In this document: in pieces, positions 39,794-49,767 of the stretch | How the letters are laid out: every line of letters begins with the position of its first letter | How positions within the stretch are numbered: position 1 is the first letter of the stretch | DNA from: a candidate division CPR3 bacterium GWF2_35_18 | GTDB taxonomy: Bacteria > Patescibacteriota > CPR3 > GWF2-35-18 | Direction of reading: 5' to 3' | Assembly: GCA_001771135.1 (NCBI GenBank) | Contig: MESW01000005.1 | Location: 17,467 to 81,466 of the forward strand | DNA length: 64,000 nucleotides | Notes under the pieces: model-generated | Told to the model about the DNA's origin: nothing | Database searches by the model: none | The model's input: the letters and a program-made list of their open reading frames with translations, nothing else | Translations under genes and position numbers: made by a program

Positions 39794-39870
39794 TGGTCGG
39801 GGATACTGGACTCGAACCAGCGACCTTACGCACCCCATGCGTACGTTCTAGCCATCTGAACTAATCCCCG
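39794..39870 (-). tRNA. tRNA-Pro (GGG), CCA encoded
   Basis: CGGGGATTAGTTCAGATGGCTAGAACG-TACGC-ATGGGGT-GCGTA-AGGTCGCTGGTTCGAGTCCAGTATCCCCGACCA. Confidence 0.97.
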
Positions 39871-39968
39871 GGACAGTGATAGTATACGAGAAATAGGCAA
39901 AAATCTCAATGGAAGAACAAAAAAGCACGCGGTTACGCGTGCTTTTATAAATTTCAAAATGAAGAACC

Positions 39969-40520
39969 TTAACGTTTTGGAGAAGCTTTGTGCTTGCGTG
40001 CTCCCATGAGTCCGAACTTGTGACGTTCTTTTTCTCGAGAATCACGGGTCAGAAAATCTTGTTTGCGTAAAATTTTATGAAATTCGCTATCAAATTTATC
40101 CAAAGCTCGGGAAACTCCATGAATGATTGCGCCTACCTGTGCATGTACACCACCACCAAGGACTTTGATCGATCCGTCAAAACGGTTACGACGACCAACA
40201 GCAATAAAAGGTTTTTCGAAATGATGGATGGCGTTTGGTCCCACCCCTTTTAAAAATTCTATAGCGGGGATACCGTTAATGGTAATTTCGCCTTTACCTT
40301 CCCATAGTCGCACTCGGGAAATCGAGGTCTTGCGGCGACCGACAGCATAAACATATTTATAAGCAGCCACAACTTTTTCGACTTTTTCCGGTGTTTCGAT
40401 CTTTTCCACTACTTTTACCGCTTTTTCTGGTTTCTCAGTTTTTACAACCACTTTTTCTGGCTTTTGCTTTGGTTCAACTTTTGCGTGTTTTTTATCACTT
40501 ACTTTTTTTACTGGTTTCAC
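39969..40520 (-). CDS. rpsI: 30S ribosomal protein S9 with N-terminal K/E/V-rich extension
   Basis: AVGRRKTS, GGGVHAQ, LTRDSREKERHK, SPKR. Confidence 0.96.
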   Translation of the reverse strand: MKPVKKVSDKKHAKVEPKQKPEKVVVKTEKPEKAVKVVEKIETPEKVEKVVAAYKYVYAVGRRKTSISRVRLWEGKGEITINGIPAIEFLKGVGPNAIHHFEKPFIAVGRRNRFDGSIKVLGGGVHAQVGAIIHGVSRALDKFDSEFHKILRKQDFLTRDSREKERHKFGLMGARKHKASPKR

Positions 40521-40522
40521 TT

Positions 40523-40972
40523 TTACTCCTCTACCTTTAAGGTTTTCAATTCTTTACTTTGATATTTATGATTAGCATCATTAAAAATATGGACTTTTTT
40601 GAGCATCGCTTTTCCCATTCTGGTTTTTGGGGTCATCCCAGAAATTGCATTTTCTAGAACTTTTCTCGCATCTTTAGCTCGTAGCTGTTTCAAAGTCGCG
40701 GTTTTTAGTCCACCTGGAAATCCGGAGTGATGATGATAAAGCTTATCTTCTTCTTTGTTTCCGGAAACGGCAATCTTTTTGGCATTGATTATTACTACAT
40801 TATCGCCCATGTCCATATAAGGAACGTAGTTTACCTTTAATTTCCCGGAGATCACCTCCGCCACAGTTTTGGCCAGTCTCCCCAAGATTTTATTTTCCGC
40901 ATCGATAATATACCAGTTTGAAACTTGATCTTTCTTTTTGGTATATGAAGTTTTGTTATTATAAGTCTTCAT
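40523..40972 (-). CDS. rplM: 50S ribosomal protein L13
   Basis: IDAENKILGRLA, GDNVVIINA, HSGFPGGLK. Confidence 0.97.
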   Translation of the reverse strand: MKTYNNKTSYTKKKDQVSNWYIIDAENKILGRLAKTVAEVISGKLKVNYVPYMDMGDNVVIINAKKIAVSGNKEEDKLYHHHSGFPGGLKTATLKQLRAKDARKVLENAISGMTPKTRMGKAMLKKVHIFNDANHKYQSKELKTLKVEE

Positions 40973-41439
40973 TATTTCTGCTCCTTACTCTCTTTAGTTT
41001 CCTTGGTTTCTTTTTTGGCTTCCTTAGTCTTGACCTCTTTTTTTGCTTCTTTGGTTTTCTTTTCCGGTTTTGCTTTACCTTCTTTTCTAATGATAAGCTC
41101 TAAAATCGCCATTGGAGTCCGATCAGATTTTCGGGGGCCAAGCTTCAAAATTCTTAAATATCCACCGGCATGGTCTTTAAAACGTAAGGAAATATCTTTA
41201 TATAATTTTTCGGCCGCTTCTTCAGTATAGAGAAAAGCGGAGATACGACGACGGGAGGAAAGATCTTGTTTTTTGGCTCGAGTAATCAGCTTTTCCGCAA
41301 TTGGACGCACAATTTTGGCTTTGGCCAAGGTCGTGGTAATCCTTTCGCTTAAAAATAATGATTGAACTAAATTACGATAAAGGCTATCTCGTTCCCCTTT
41401 TGATCGATTAAATTTTTTCTTTTTTATTCCATGTCGCAT
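40972..41439 (-). CDS. rplQ: 50S ribosomal protein L17
   Basis: MRH, ITTTLAKAK, EKLITRAK, GGYLRI. Confidence 0.97.
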   Translation of the reverse strand: MRHGIKKKKFNRSKGERDSLYRNLVQSLFLSERITTTLAKAKIVRPIAEKLITRAKKQDLSSRRRISAFLYTEEAAEKLYKDISLRFKDHAGGYLRILKLGPRKSDRTPMAILELIIRKEGKAKPEKKTKEAKKEVKTKEAKKETKETKESKEQK

Positions 41440-41464
41440 AGTTTTTTATCTTTTCTTAATTAAA

Positions 41465-42382
41465 TTACTCTTTAAAGGATAATCCCATCTCATCTAATTT
41501 AGCTTTGATCTCTTTGATTGATTTCGCGCCCAAATTTTTGATTTTAGAAACTTCTTTTTCTTTTTTGGCTACAAGTTCGCCGATAGTTTTGATTCCAGCA
41601 CTACCCAAGCTATTTACTACTCTCATAGGTAAATCAAGCTCTTCGATCAAGACATCCTGTTCCACCTTTTCTTCTTTGATCTCTTCGCTAGGCATCTCGT
41701 CAACCTCTTCCGGAGACACCACGAAGCTGTAGTAATCGCGAAGAATTTCCGCGGCTTTTTTCAAGGCTTCTTGAGGTTCGATCTCTCCGGTTGTCGTTAC
41801 TCTCATCACCAATTTATCAAAGTTGGTTTTGCCACCGACACGAGTATCGGAAACTGAATAATCAGCGTCAAGTACCGGAGTAAAAATACCATCAACCGGA
41901 ATCACTCCAAGCTCTTCAATCTGTTGTTCTTCAGCTGGTAAATATCCCTTGCCCATTTGAACTTTGAATTCGATTTTCAAAGTAGTTTTTTTATCGGCTA
42001 AGGTCGTAATATACTGATCCGGATTCAAGACTTTGAGTCCGGAAGGACATTCGATATCGGAAGCTTTGACCTCTCCGGGACCTTTTTTCACTAAAGTCAT
42101 TGTCCCTTCTGTTTTACCTTCGAGTTTAACCTCAATTTTTTTGATATTGAGAACTAGATCGACCATATCTTCTTTTACCCCAGGTAAGGTCGTAAATTCG
42201 TGTTTGGCTCCATCAATTTTGATGCTGGTAATAGCTGCCCCTTCCAAAGAAGTCAAAAGAACACGTCGGAGTGAATGTCCGAGAGTGAGACCAAAACCAT
42301 TTGGTAATGGTTCGATCACAAATTCGGCATATTTCGCTTTTTCGTTTGTCTTGCTTAGGTTAGGTTTTACTTCAAAAATCAT
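41465..42382 (-). CDS. rpoA: RNA polymerase alpha subunit (start MIFEV at 42382)
   Basis: EPLPNGFGLTLGHSLRRVLL, HEFTTLPGVKED, NLGAKS; AAGGAG RBS. Confidence 0.97.
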   Translation of the reverse strand: MIFEVKPNLSKTNEKAKYAEFVIEPLPNGFGLTLGHSLRRVLLTSLEGAAITSIKIDGAKHEFTTLPGVKEDMVDLVLNIKKIEVKLEGKTEGTMTLVKKGPGEVKASDIECPSGLKVLNPDQYITTLADKKTTLKIEFKVQMGKGYLPAEEQQIEELGVIPVDGIFTPVLDADYSVSDTRVGGKTNFDKLVMRVTTTGEIEPQEALKKAAEILRDYYSFVVSPEEVDEMPSEEIKEEKVEQDVLIEELDLPMRVVNSLGSAGIKTIGELVAKKEKEVSKIKNLGAKSIKEIKAKLDEMGLSFKE

Positions 42383-42404
42383 ATATTGCTCCTTGTCGAA
42401 AATT

Positions 42405-42989
42405 TTATCTAGAATAATATTCAACGACTAATTGTTCGTTTAAAGTTAAATCAATATCTTCGCGTTCCGGAATCCGATCAACCTTAATCATTGGCCCTTT
42501 CTTCTTCAGCCAAGTAGGAAGGTCTTTATTCTCTTCCTTCATCTGTTTAAGTACTTGAACATTGTCTAAAGTTTTGGTTTTTAAGGTAATCACGTCGTCT
42601 TTTTTGAGTCCGTAAGAAGGAATCGTCACTTTCTTATCATTCACAATTACATGTCCATGACTGACAAATTGACGCGCCATTCGATTGGTTTTCACAAGTC
42701 CGGAAAGGAACAAAACTCGATCTAAACGGGTTTCGAGTAATTGCAAAAGTCGTACTCCGGTTTGTCCTTTGGTCCGAAAAGCCATCTTCATATAACGAGC
42801 AAATTGGCGTTCGGAAACTCCGTATATAAATTTAATTTTCTGTTTTTCCTCTAAACGAATTCCATACTCAGACTTTCGCTTTGGACGAGTAGTACGAGCT
42901 TGAGTACGATAGTTTTTCTGTACTTCTTCAGTAGCAATAAGTCCAAAACGTCGCAGTTTCTTCTTTACCGGACCTGTATAACGTGACAT
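42405..42989 (-). CDS. rpsD: 30S ribosomal protein S4
   Basis: MSRYTGP, LEEKQK, LETRLD, ARQFVSHGH, VVEYYSR. Confidence 0.97.
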   Translation of the reverse strand: MSRYTGPVKKKLRRFGLIATEEVQKNYRTQARTTRPKRKSEYGIRLEEKQKIKFIYGVSERQFARYMKMAFRTKGQTGVRLLQLLETRLDRVLFLSGLVKTNRMARQFVSHGHVIVNDKKVTIPSYGLKKDDVITLKTKTLDNVQVLKQMKEENKDLPTWLKKKGPMIKVDRIPEREDIDLTLNEQLVVEYYSR

Positions 42990-43025
42990 TTTATAAAAAC
43001 CTCCAAAAAAAATTAAATACTAATT

Positions 43026-43463
43026 TTAAACTCTTCTTCTTCCTTTGGGACGGCATCCGTTGTGTGGAATCGGAGTTACATCTGCTAAGGAAACGATCTT
43101 TAAACCTGCATTTTTAACGGATTTAACCGCTGCATCTCTACCCATTCCCGGACCGGAAATAATCACATCAACCTGCTTCATTCCACCTTCGGCCATCTTA
43201 GCCGCCAGGTTTTCAGTAGCCTGCGAAGCCGCATAAGGAGTGGATTTTCGGGCTCCTTTAAAACCAACTTTTCCAGTCGAACCCCAACCTAAAGCATTTC
43301 CGTTCAAATCAGTAATTGTGATAATGGTATTGTTAAAAGACGCTGTAATAAAAACTTTTCCATGGAAAGGAATAATTTTTTCGCGTTTCTTCTTCACCGT
43401 TTCTTTCGGTTTATTTTTGATCACTCTCTTAATAACGTTTTTGTTTTTATCTTTTTTGCCCAT
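43026..43463 (-). CDS. rpsK: 30S ribosomal protein S11
   Basis: SFNNT, FKGARKSTPYAA, DVTPIPHNGCRP. Confidence 0.97.
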   Translation of the reverse strand: MGKKDKNKNVIKRVIKNKPKETVKKKREKIIPFHGKVFITASFNNTIITITDLNGNALGWGSTGKVGFKGARKSTPYAASQATENLAAKMAEGGMKQVDVIISGPGMGRDAAVKSVKNAGLKIVSLADVTPIPHNGCRPKGRRRV

Positions 43464-43487
43464 AATTATTTTTAGTTAATTTATACT

Positions 43488-43871
43488 TTAGGTTTTTTCG
43501 AGTTTACGTTTCATCCCACCGACGGTAACACGACGACCTCTTTTGGTTCGCGCATTGTGTCTGGTTCTCTGACCACGTGCCGGAAGTTTCTTTTCGTGAC
43601 GTTGTCCACGATATGATTTGATCTCGCTATAACGACGAATATTATCACGAATTTCGCGGCGCAAATCTCCTTCGATCTGATAATCTTTATCAATAATCTT
43701 TTGAATTCGTGCCACCTCATCTTCATTTAGATCTTTGGCACGCTTATCAATATCGATCTTCGCTGCTGCCAAGATTTTCCTCGAAGAAGTAACACCAACC
43801 CCAAAAATATAGGTTAAGGAGTACTCGACTCTTTTATTGTTTGGAATGTCTACACCTGAAATTCTAGCCAT
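43488..43871 (-). CDS. rpsM: 30S ribosomal protein S13
   Basis: MARISGVDIP, EGDLRR, RGQRTRHNARTKRG. Confidence 0.97.
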   Translation of the reverse strand: MARISGVDIPNNKRVEYSLTYIFGVGVTSSRKILAAAKIDIDKRAKDLNEDEVARIQKIIDKDYQIEGDLRREIRDNIRRYSEIKSYRGQRHEKKLPARGQRTRHNARTKRGRRVTVGGMKRKLEKT

Positions 43872-43877
43872 AATAAA

Positions 43878-43994
43878 TTATCCTTGTCTTTGTTTATGTT
43901 TAGGATTTTTCTTACAAATTACACGAATAACGCCATGTCTTTTGACAACCTTACAGTCACGGCAAAATTGTTTTACTGACGATCGAACTTTCAT
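43878..43994 (-). CDS. rpmJ: 50S ribosomal protein L36 (38 aa, below ORF-track cutoff)
   Basis: Manual translation [38 protein letters not shown]. Confidence 0.96.
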   Translation of the reverse strand: MKVRSSVKQFCRDCKVVKRHGVIRVICKKNPKHKQRQG

Positions 43995-44061
43995 TATTTA
44001 TCTTCTCTTTTTTTAATCTGAATTATTTAATCTGCAACTCAGATTCGAATTTTATCTTAAT

Positions 44062-44301
44062 TTATTTAAATCTAAAGGTTATTCTCCCGCGCGTTAGGTC
44101 GTAAGGAGAAACTTCTACTTTTACTTTGTCTCCAGGTAAGATCTTGATATAATTCATTCGCATTTTCCCGGAGATATGAGCCAAAACAACCTTCCCATTG
44201 GGAAGCTCTACTCTAAAATATGCGTTTGGTAAAGTTTCAACCACAACCCCTTCGGTTTCTAGTTTTTCCTCTTTTTGAATTGTATCTTTTGGTTGTTGCA
44301 T
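44062..44301 (-). CDS. infA: Translation initiation factor IF-1
   Basis: [27 protein letters not shown]. Confidence 0.97.
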   Translation of the reverse strand: MQQPKDTIQKEEKLETEGVVVETLPNAYFRVELPNGKVVLAHISGKMRMNYIKILPGDKVKVEVSPYDLTRGRITFRFK

Positions 44302-44337
44302 AGTAAGAACTTAACAAAACGGTATTTTAACAGGATA

Positions 44338-45087
44338 TTAGGCTTTGGTCAATACATAAGGACCTTTATCGGTAATGGCGACGGTGTGTTCAAAAAGACC
44401 ACCTAGACTACCATCTGCTGTTCTGGCTGTCCAACCGTCATCATCAACAATCACTTCTGCACTGCCCGAAGCATAAATCACCTCAATTGCTAAAACCATA
44501 TTCGGCTTTAAAAGTTCCCCATGCCCCTTTTTCCCATAACAATATATCGAAGGATCTTCATGCAAATCACGTCCTACCCCATGTCCCGTAAAAATCTTGG
44601 AAACGGAGTATCCATCTTTTTCGACTTCAAACTGCATCGCGGCTGAGATATCACCGACCCGATTCCCTGGCTTTGCCTCTTTAATTGCTTTTGTCAAAGA
44701 TCTCTGTCCCGTCTCTAAAAAACGTACTTTTTGCGGATCTTTAATCCCACCCACAATCATAGTATGCGCCATATCTGTGTGAAATCCGGCGTAAATAAGT
44801 CCGATGTCAATGGTAAACACGTCCCCTTCCTGTAAAACATAGTCATTCGGAATTCCATGTACCAGCCCGTCATTAGTAGCAATACAAATTGTGGCCGGAA
44901 ATCCTTCGTAACCTTTAAAAGAAGGTTTGCCTCCGGTTTCCCTTAACATCTTTTCCGCAATAACGTCAAGTTCTAACGTTGAAATTCCTGGACGTGACAT
45001 ATTAAGTAAAGTATTTAAAGTACGAGAGAGCAAACTCCCACCCTCTTTCATCAATCTTATCTCATTTTCGGTTTTGACGTTGATCAC
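44338..45087 (-). CDS. map: Methionine aminopeptidase type I
   Basis: VHGIP, DIG..FHTDMA, GHGVG..LHEDP, AIE, FEHT. Confidence 0.96.
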   Translation of the reverse strand: MINVKTENEIRLMKEGGSLLSRTLNTLLNMSRPGISTLELDVIAEKMLRETGGKPSFKGYEGFPATICIATNDGLVHGIPNDYVLQEGDVFTIDIGLIYAGFHTDMAHTMIVGGIKDPQKVRFLETGQRSLTKAIKEAKPGNRVGDISAAMQFEVEKDGYSVSKIFTGHGVGRDLHEDPSIYCYGKKGHGELLKPNMVLAIEVIYASGSAEVIVDDDGWTARTADGSLGGLFEHTVAITDKGPYVLTKA

Positions 45088-45089
45088 AG

Positions 45090-45662
45090 TTATTCCTTCA
45101 CTTTGGAGTAAATATCAGCATCGATTTCCTCAATGCTTTTTTCTCCATTGATCTCTTCCAAAATCCCCTTCTGACGGTAAAATTCTAAAACTTCCGCTTC
45201 TTTTTCTTTATATCTTTTTAATCTTTCTTGAATTCTCTTCGGATCATCATGTAGAGAGCCATCCGGAGAACGTCGTCCCCTTTTCAAAAGTCTTTTAATC
45301 GCTTCGTCTTCAGACACTTTTAAGTAAAAAACTCGATCAACATCCTGATTATATTTATTTAATTTATCTTCCAAAAAATTCACCTGTGTTATATTGCGAG
45401 GAAAACCGTCAATAACCCAACCCTTTTGGCAATCTGGCTCTTTCAAACGAAACTTCCACAAGACAAACATCTCCGTATCCGCAACATAATGACCTAGTGA
45501 CAACGCTTCGCGGCAGATATCTCCCATCAGTCCCTGATCTTTTTGAGCCATCCGACGAACCAAATCTCCAGAAACTAAATGCGGAATACCCAATTTCTTA
45601 GCCAGCAGTTTTCCCTGCGTAGTTTTTCCGCTTCCTTCAGAACCATAAAAAATATAATACAT
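45090..45662 (-). CDS. adk: Adenylate kinase (short LID)
   Basis: GSEGSGKTTQ, SGDLVR, IDGFPR; located between secY and map. Confidence 0.92.
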   Translation of the reverse strand: MYYIFYGSEGSGKTTQGKLLAKKLGIPHLVSGDLVRRMAQKDQGLMGDICREALSLGHYVADTEMFVLWKFRLKEPDCQKGWVIDGFPRNITQVNFLEDKLNKYNQDVDRVFYLKVSEDEAIKRLLKRGRRSPDGSLHDDPKRIQERLKRYKEKEAEVLEFYRQKGILEEINGEKSIEEIDADIYSKVKE

Positions 45663-45758
45663 TTATTATCCTTTTTAAATTATAAAATGGCGATTTCAAA
45701 TATGTGTATCGCCATAAAATGACTCATCATAAAATTTGTAATGTTTTTTGTCTTGAGT

Positions 45759-47027
45759 TCATTTTAAAAAGCTATCGTAATCTCGCATTGTAAGCTGCGA
45801 TTCAATCTGCTTCATAGTCTCTACAATTACGGAAACCACAATCAAAATTCCCGTTCCACCAAGGACTATCGAATTAACACCGGTTAAACTTTGACCTACA
45901 AAAGGTAGTATCGCAATTACTCCTAAAAAAATTGCCCCTAAAAAAGTTACCCGAGTTAAAATTAAGTTCAAATAGGATTCGGTTGCTTTCCCTGGTCTAA
46001 TCCCCGGGATAAAACCACCGTATTTTTTGATATCTTCCGCAATCTTCTCGGGATTAAAAGTCACCGCGGTGTAAAAATAGGTAAATCCTACGACTAATAT
46101 AAAATATAAAATACTGTAAAAAACCTGATCATTAAAAAGTGCGACAACCTTTTTGGCAATATCGGCGATCACAGCGACATTGACATTTTGTAAATATGAT
46201 CCCAACATTCCTGGCAAAAGCATCATCGACATCGCAAAAATAATAGGAATCACCCCCGCCTGATTAATACGCATTGGTAAGTAATTACGTCCACCCTTAA
46301 TTCCATGACCTTGAATCTTACGGGCATATTGGACTTCAATCTTTCGCTCGGCCTCATTAACAAAAATTATCCCAGCAATTACCAAGATAAAAATTACCAC
46401 AAATAAAATCAAATTCAAAAAATTATCCTGACCGGCCACAGAGAAACTCCGAGCAAAATCTAGAGGCATACTCGCGAGAATTCCCACTCCGATAATCAGA
46501 GAAATTCCATTTCCCACTCCATACTCGGATATGAGCTCTCCAATCCACATCAAAAACATCGTTCCCGCCGTTAAAGTAACTACCAAGGAAATCAAAGTCA
46601 CAATCGATAGCTGCCCAATCACCCCTTGATTTCGTAGGAGTATGTACATCCCAAAAGCTTGAACTAGAGCTAAAGGCACTGTTAGCCATCTGGTATATTG
46701 GTTCAACTTCTGTCTCCCGTAATCTCCTTCTTTTGCCAAAGCTTCTAAGGAAGGAAAAACCATTTGTAAAAGCTGAAAAATGATCGAGGCGTTAATGTAA
46801 GGATTAAGACCCAATGTAATCACGGAAAAATCACGCATTGTTCCCCCTGAAAACATGTTCAAAAATCCTAAAAGTTGATTCTGACTAAATAACGACGATA
46901 AAGCATCATGATCAACACCAGGAATAGGGATATGAGAAACAAAGCGGAAAATTACTAACAGTAAAAAGGTTAATAAAAATTTTCTCCGTAGCTCTTTAGT
47001 TTTCCAAATATTCTTTAAAGTATTCAT
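45759..47027 (-). CDS. secY: Preprotein translocase SecY
   Basis: [43 protein letters not shown]. Confidence 0.98.
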   Translation of the reverse strand: MNTLKNIWKTKELRRKFLLTFLLLVIFRFVSHIPIPGVDHDALSSLFSQNQLLGFLNMFSGGTMRDFSVITLGLNPYINASIIFQLLQMVFPSLEALAKEGDYGRQKLNQYTRWLTVPLALVQAFGMYILLRNQGVIGQLSIVTLISLVVTLTAGTMFLMWIGELISEYGVGNGISLIIGVGILASMPLDFARSFSVAGQDNFLNLILFVVIFILVIAGIIFVNEAERKIEVQYARKIQGHGIKGGRNYLPMRINQAGVIPIIFAMSMMLLPGMLGSYLQNVNVAVIADIAKKVVALFNDQVFYSILYFILVVGFTYFYTAVTFNPEKIAEDIKKYGGFIPGIRPGKATESYLNLILTRVTFLGAIFLGVIAILPFVGQSLTGVNSIVLGGTGILIVVSVIVETMKQIESQLTMRDYDSFLK

Positions 47028-47051
47028 TGATGAATATTACTGAAGTTTTAA

Positions 47052-47136
47052 TATACTCAACTTAATCAAGTTTGTTAAAAATGTAGTTGAGTATGACCCA
47101 TATAATAACATTATAAATTAGAATAATATGGGTATA
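47052..47136. repeat. Two abutting palindromic elements between rplO and secY
   Basis: TATACTCAACT...AGTTGAGTAT (47052-47094) followed by ACCCATAT...ATATGGGTATA. Confidence 0.7.
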
Positions 47137-47172
47137 AATTCAATCTATTTTTAAACTGCTATTTCAGTTACA

Positions 47173-47601
47173 CTACTTCTCAACTTTTCCACCCATTTTT
47201 TCAATCTTTATTACCGCACTTTTTGAGCAAGAAATCCCTTTAACAATAATTTTTTTCTGCAGCTCTCCATCACCCAAAATCTTGACGCCATGGTTCCAAT
47301 TGGTTGGGATAAGTTTCCATTCCACCAAATTCTCTAAATTAATTTCACTACCATCTTCAACGTAATTAAGGATATTTAAATTCAAAATTAAAGGTTTTTT
47401 GGATAAACTTTTGAATCCTCTTTTGTAAGGAAGTCTGCGAATAAAAGGAAGCTGTCCTCCTTCGAAGCCTAAACGAACCTTTCCGCGGGCTTTTTGTCCT
47501 TTGGTACCACGACCAGAAGTTTTGGCTCTACCAGAACCATAACCAAGTCCAATTCTTTTCTTCTTTTTGTGAGTTGTTTTTACTAAATTATTAATTGCCA
47601 T
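47173..47601 (-). CDS. rplO: 50S ribosomal protein L15
   Basis: GRGTKGQKAR, FEGGQLP, VKILGDG. Confidence 0.97.
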   Translation of the reverse strand: MAINNLVKTTHKKKKRIGLGYGSGRAKTSGRGTKGQKARGKVRLGFEGGQLPFIRRLPYKRGFKSLSKKPLILNLNILNYVEDGSEINLENLVEWKLIPTNWNHGVKILGDGELQKKIIVKGISCSKSAVIKIEKMGGKVEK

Positions 47602-47603
47602 AT

Positions 47604-48134
47604 TTATTTACTTTCTTTCGTCTTTTGTTTAATTGCTTGTCTTTCTCCCATACGCTGATTCCTTATTTCATTCCAAGAGCCTAATTTTTTCAAAGCTTTA
47701 AAAGTAGTATAAACATTAGCCATTTGATTATTACTTCCCAAAACTTTTGACAAAATATCTCGGATTCCAGCCACTTCGATTACAGCTTTTACTGGCCCCC
47801 CGGCAATGACTCCGGTTCCTGGAGCAGCAGGTTTAAGAAAAACTAAAGCCGCACCGTTTTTAAAACTAATTTCTCGAGCGATTGTATTTCCCTTTAAGGG
47901 GACTCTAATCATTTTCTTTTTCCCATTTGCCGAAGCTTTTCGCATCGCTTCTGGAACTCCAGAGGCTTTCCCAAGACCAATTCCGACTCTTCCTTTTTTA
48001 TCTCCCACAACCATCAGTACCGAGAAAGAAAGTTTGTTTCCACCTTTTGTTTTTTTGCTTACTCGGCTAATTTGAATTACTTTTTCTTCAAATTCTTTTT
48101 CATTTTTTTTGTTGTCCGCAAAATTTTTGGCCAT
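47604..48134 (-). CDS. rpsE: 30S ribosomal protein S5
   Basis: RVSKKTKGG, GTGVIAGG, SKVLGSNN. Confidence 0.97.
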   Translation of the reverse strand: MAKNFADNKKNEKEFEEKVIQISRVSKKTKGGNKLSFSVLMVVGDKKGRVGIGLGKASGVPEAMRKASANGKKKMIRVPLKGNTIAREISFKNGAALVFLKPAAPGTGVIAGGPVKAVIEVAGIRDILSKVLGSNNQMANVYTTFKALKKLGSWNEIRNQRMGERQAIKQKTKESK

Positions 48135-48167
48135 TTATTTACTACCTTTTTCTTTCTTTATACTATA

Positions 48168-48527
48168 CTAAAATTGTAAACCACCTTTTCGCGCGCCTTC
48201 GGCGAGTGCTTTTACCCTACCATGATAGTTATAAGCTCCACGATCAAAAACGACTTTTTTAATCTTTTGTTTTTCGGCTTTTTTCGCGAGAGATTCACCC
48301 ACCAAATTAGCTCTTTCAGTTTTAGTCTTTTTCTGATCGTTTTCACTCAGATCTTTTTCAGAAGCAGCAACCAGAGTAACTTTTTTCCAATCATCAATAA
48401 TCTGAGCATAACAATATTTATTAGAGCGAAAAACCGACAAACGGTAACGCTCTAGCCGTTTTAAAAGTGATTTTCTAACTCTTAATTTTCTTTTTTCTTT
48501 AATATTTTTGTATTTATGAAATGCCAT
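48168..48527 (-). CDS. rplR: 50S ribosomal protein L18
   Basis: RLSVFRSN, VFDRG, YHGRVKALA. Confidence 0.97.
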   Translation of the reverse strand: MAFHKYKNIKEKRKLRVRKSLLKRLERYRLSVFRSNKYCYAQIIDDWKKVTLVAASEKDLSENDQKKTKTERANLVGESLAKKAEKQKIKKVVFDRGAYNYHGRVKALAEGARKGGLQF

Positions 48528-48538
48528 ATTTAAATCCT

Positions 48539-48568
48539 TCAGCCAGAGGCTGACCAGCTTTCAGCTGG
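48539..48568. repeat. Tandem double mini-hairpin (REP-like) between rplF and rplR
   Basis: TCAGCC-AGA-GGCTGA followed by CCAGCT-TTC-AGCTGG. Confidence 0.6.
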
Positions 48569-48582
48569 AAATTTTAATTACT

Positions 48583-49137
48583 TTATGATGCTCCGGCAGC
48601 TTTTGCTGCTTTTCCAACTTTACGACGGATTACTTCACCAACATACTTAATTCCTTTACCTTTGTAAGGCTCACACGGCTTTAGCTTTCGAATTGTAGCC
48701 GCAACTTGTCCCACAATCTGTTTATCTATTCCACTGATCGTAATTTTGGTTTCTTCTTCAACTTTGACTTCGATTCCCTCTGGAATTTTATAAGTAACCG
48801 GTGATGAATATCCAATATTCAAGATCAAACTATCTTTTGCTTGAATCTTGGCTTTGTATCCAACTCCTGACATCTCTAGTTCTTTAATAAATCCTTTTGT
48901 GACACCCAAAACCATTCCGGAGAGTAAACTTCGGAAAAGACCATGATAAGCTCTTGTTTGACTCAAATCATTGGTTCGAGTAAGGATAATGTTGTTATCT
49001 TTAATTTCTAATTTAATTTCCGGTTTAACTTCAAGATGAAGCTCTCCTTTAGGTCCTTTGACGGAAATTTTATTCCCATCAATTTTAACTTCAACTCCTT
49101 CAACTATTTTTACCGGTAATTTTCCAATTCTAGACAT
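48583..49137 (-). CDS. rplF: 50S ribosomal protein L6
   Basis: MSRIGK, VKGPKG, EPYKGKGI. Confidence 0.97.
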   Translation of the reverse strand: MSRIGKLPVKIVEGVEVKIDGNKISVKGPKGELHLEVKPEIKLEIKDNNIILTRTNDLSQTRAYHGLFRSLLSGMVLGVTKGFIKELEMSGVGYKAKIQAKDSLILNIGYSSPVTYKIPEGIEVKVEEETKITISGIDKQIVGQVAATIRKLKPCEPYKGKGIKYVGEVIRRKVGKAAKAAGAS

Positions 49138-49162
49138 ATTTTATACCTTTAATGAAATAAAT

Positions 49163-49543
49163 TTACCAAATTTCACACAAAACTTCGCCGCCCATCTTTT
49201 CTTTTCGGGCTTGATTATCTGTCATCAAACCTTTAGGGGTGGAAACAATTTGCATTCCGTGTCCACCTAAAGTCTTTTTTATCCCTTTACTTTTACGGTA
49301 AATACGCACCCCGGGTTTCGAAATACGTTTAATTCTTTGAATTACAAAATCTTTATCATAATATTTCAAGAAGATTTTAATAACTCGATCCTCTAATTTA
49401 TAATCTGTAATATACAAACTATCTTTAAGAACTTTTAAGATCTCTAGTTTAATTTTTGAGGTAGGAGTTTCAACAATTTTATTTTTTGCTGCTCCACCAT
49501 TTCTTATTGTCGTTAACATGTCCGCAATGGGATCACTGATCAT
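49163..49543 (-). CDS. rpsH: 30S ribosomal protein S8
   Basis: DPIADML, SKPGVRIY, GGEVL. Confidence 0.97.
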   Translation of the reverse strand: MISDPIADMLTTIRNGGAAKNKIVETPTSKIKLEILKVLKDSLYITDYKLEDRVIKIFLKYYDKDFVIQRIKRISKPGVRIYRKSKGIKKTLGGHGMQIVSTPKGLMTDNQARKEKMGGEVLCEIW

Positions 49544-49568
49544 ATATATTCCTTTCAGAAATATTTTT

Positions 49569-49754
49569 TTACCAAGAAGATTTCTTTACACCAGGAATTT
49601 CTCCCCGGGATGCCATCTCTCTCAAGCAGATCCGGCAAAGGCCAAAAAAACGATAATACCCTCTTTTTCGGCCACAATTTGTACAACGATTAGTTTCTTT
49701 CACTTTGTATTTTTTTGTTTTTTTTGATCTTTCTATCTGTGATGTTTTTGGCAC
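49569..49754 (-). CDS. rpsN: 30S ribosomal protein S14, zinc-binding type
   Basis: [22 protein letters not shown]. Confidence 0.97.
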   Translation of the reverse strand: MPKTSQIERSKKTKKYKVKETNRCTNCGRKRGYYRFFGLCRICLREMASRGEIPGVKKSSW

Positions 49755-49767
49755 AATTTAATCCTTT

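Noticed and set aside
39626-40045. ORF-track calls 39626-39838 and 39848-40045
   Set aside because: They overlap tRNA-Pro and rpsI; only 39626-39760 has an RBS and a plausible product
45686-45714. Inverted repeat ATGGCGAT...ATCGCCAT between secY and adk
   Set aside because: Single short hairpin with no second copy; insufficient support for a function
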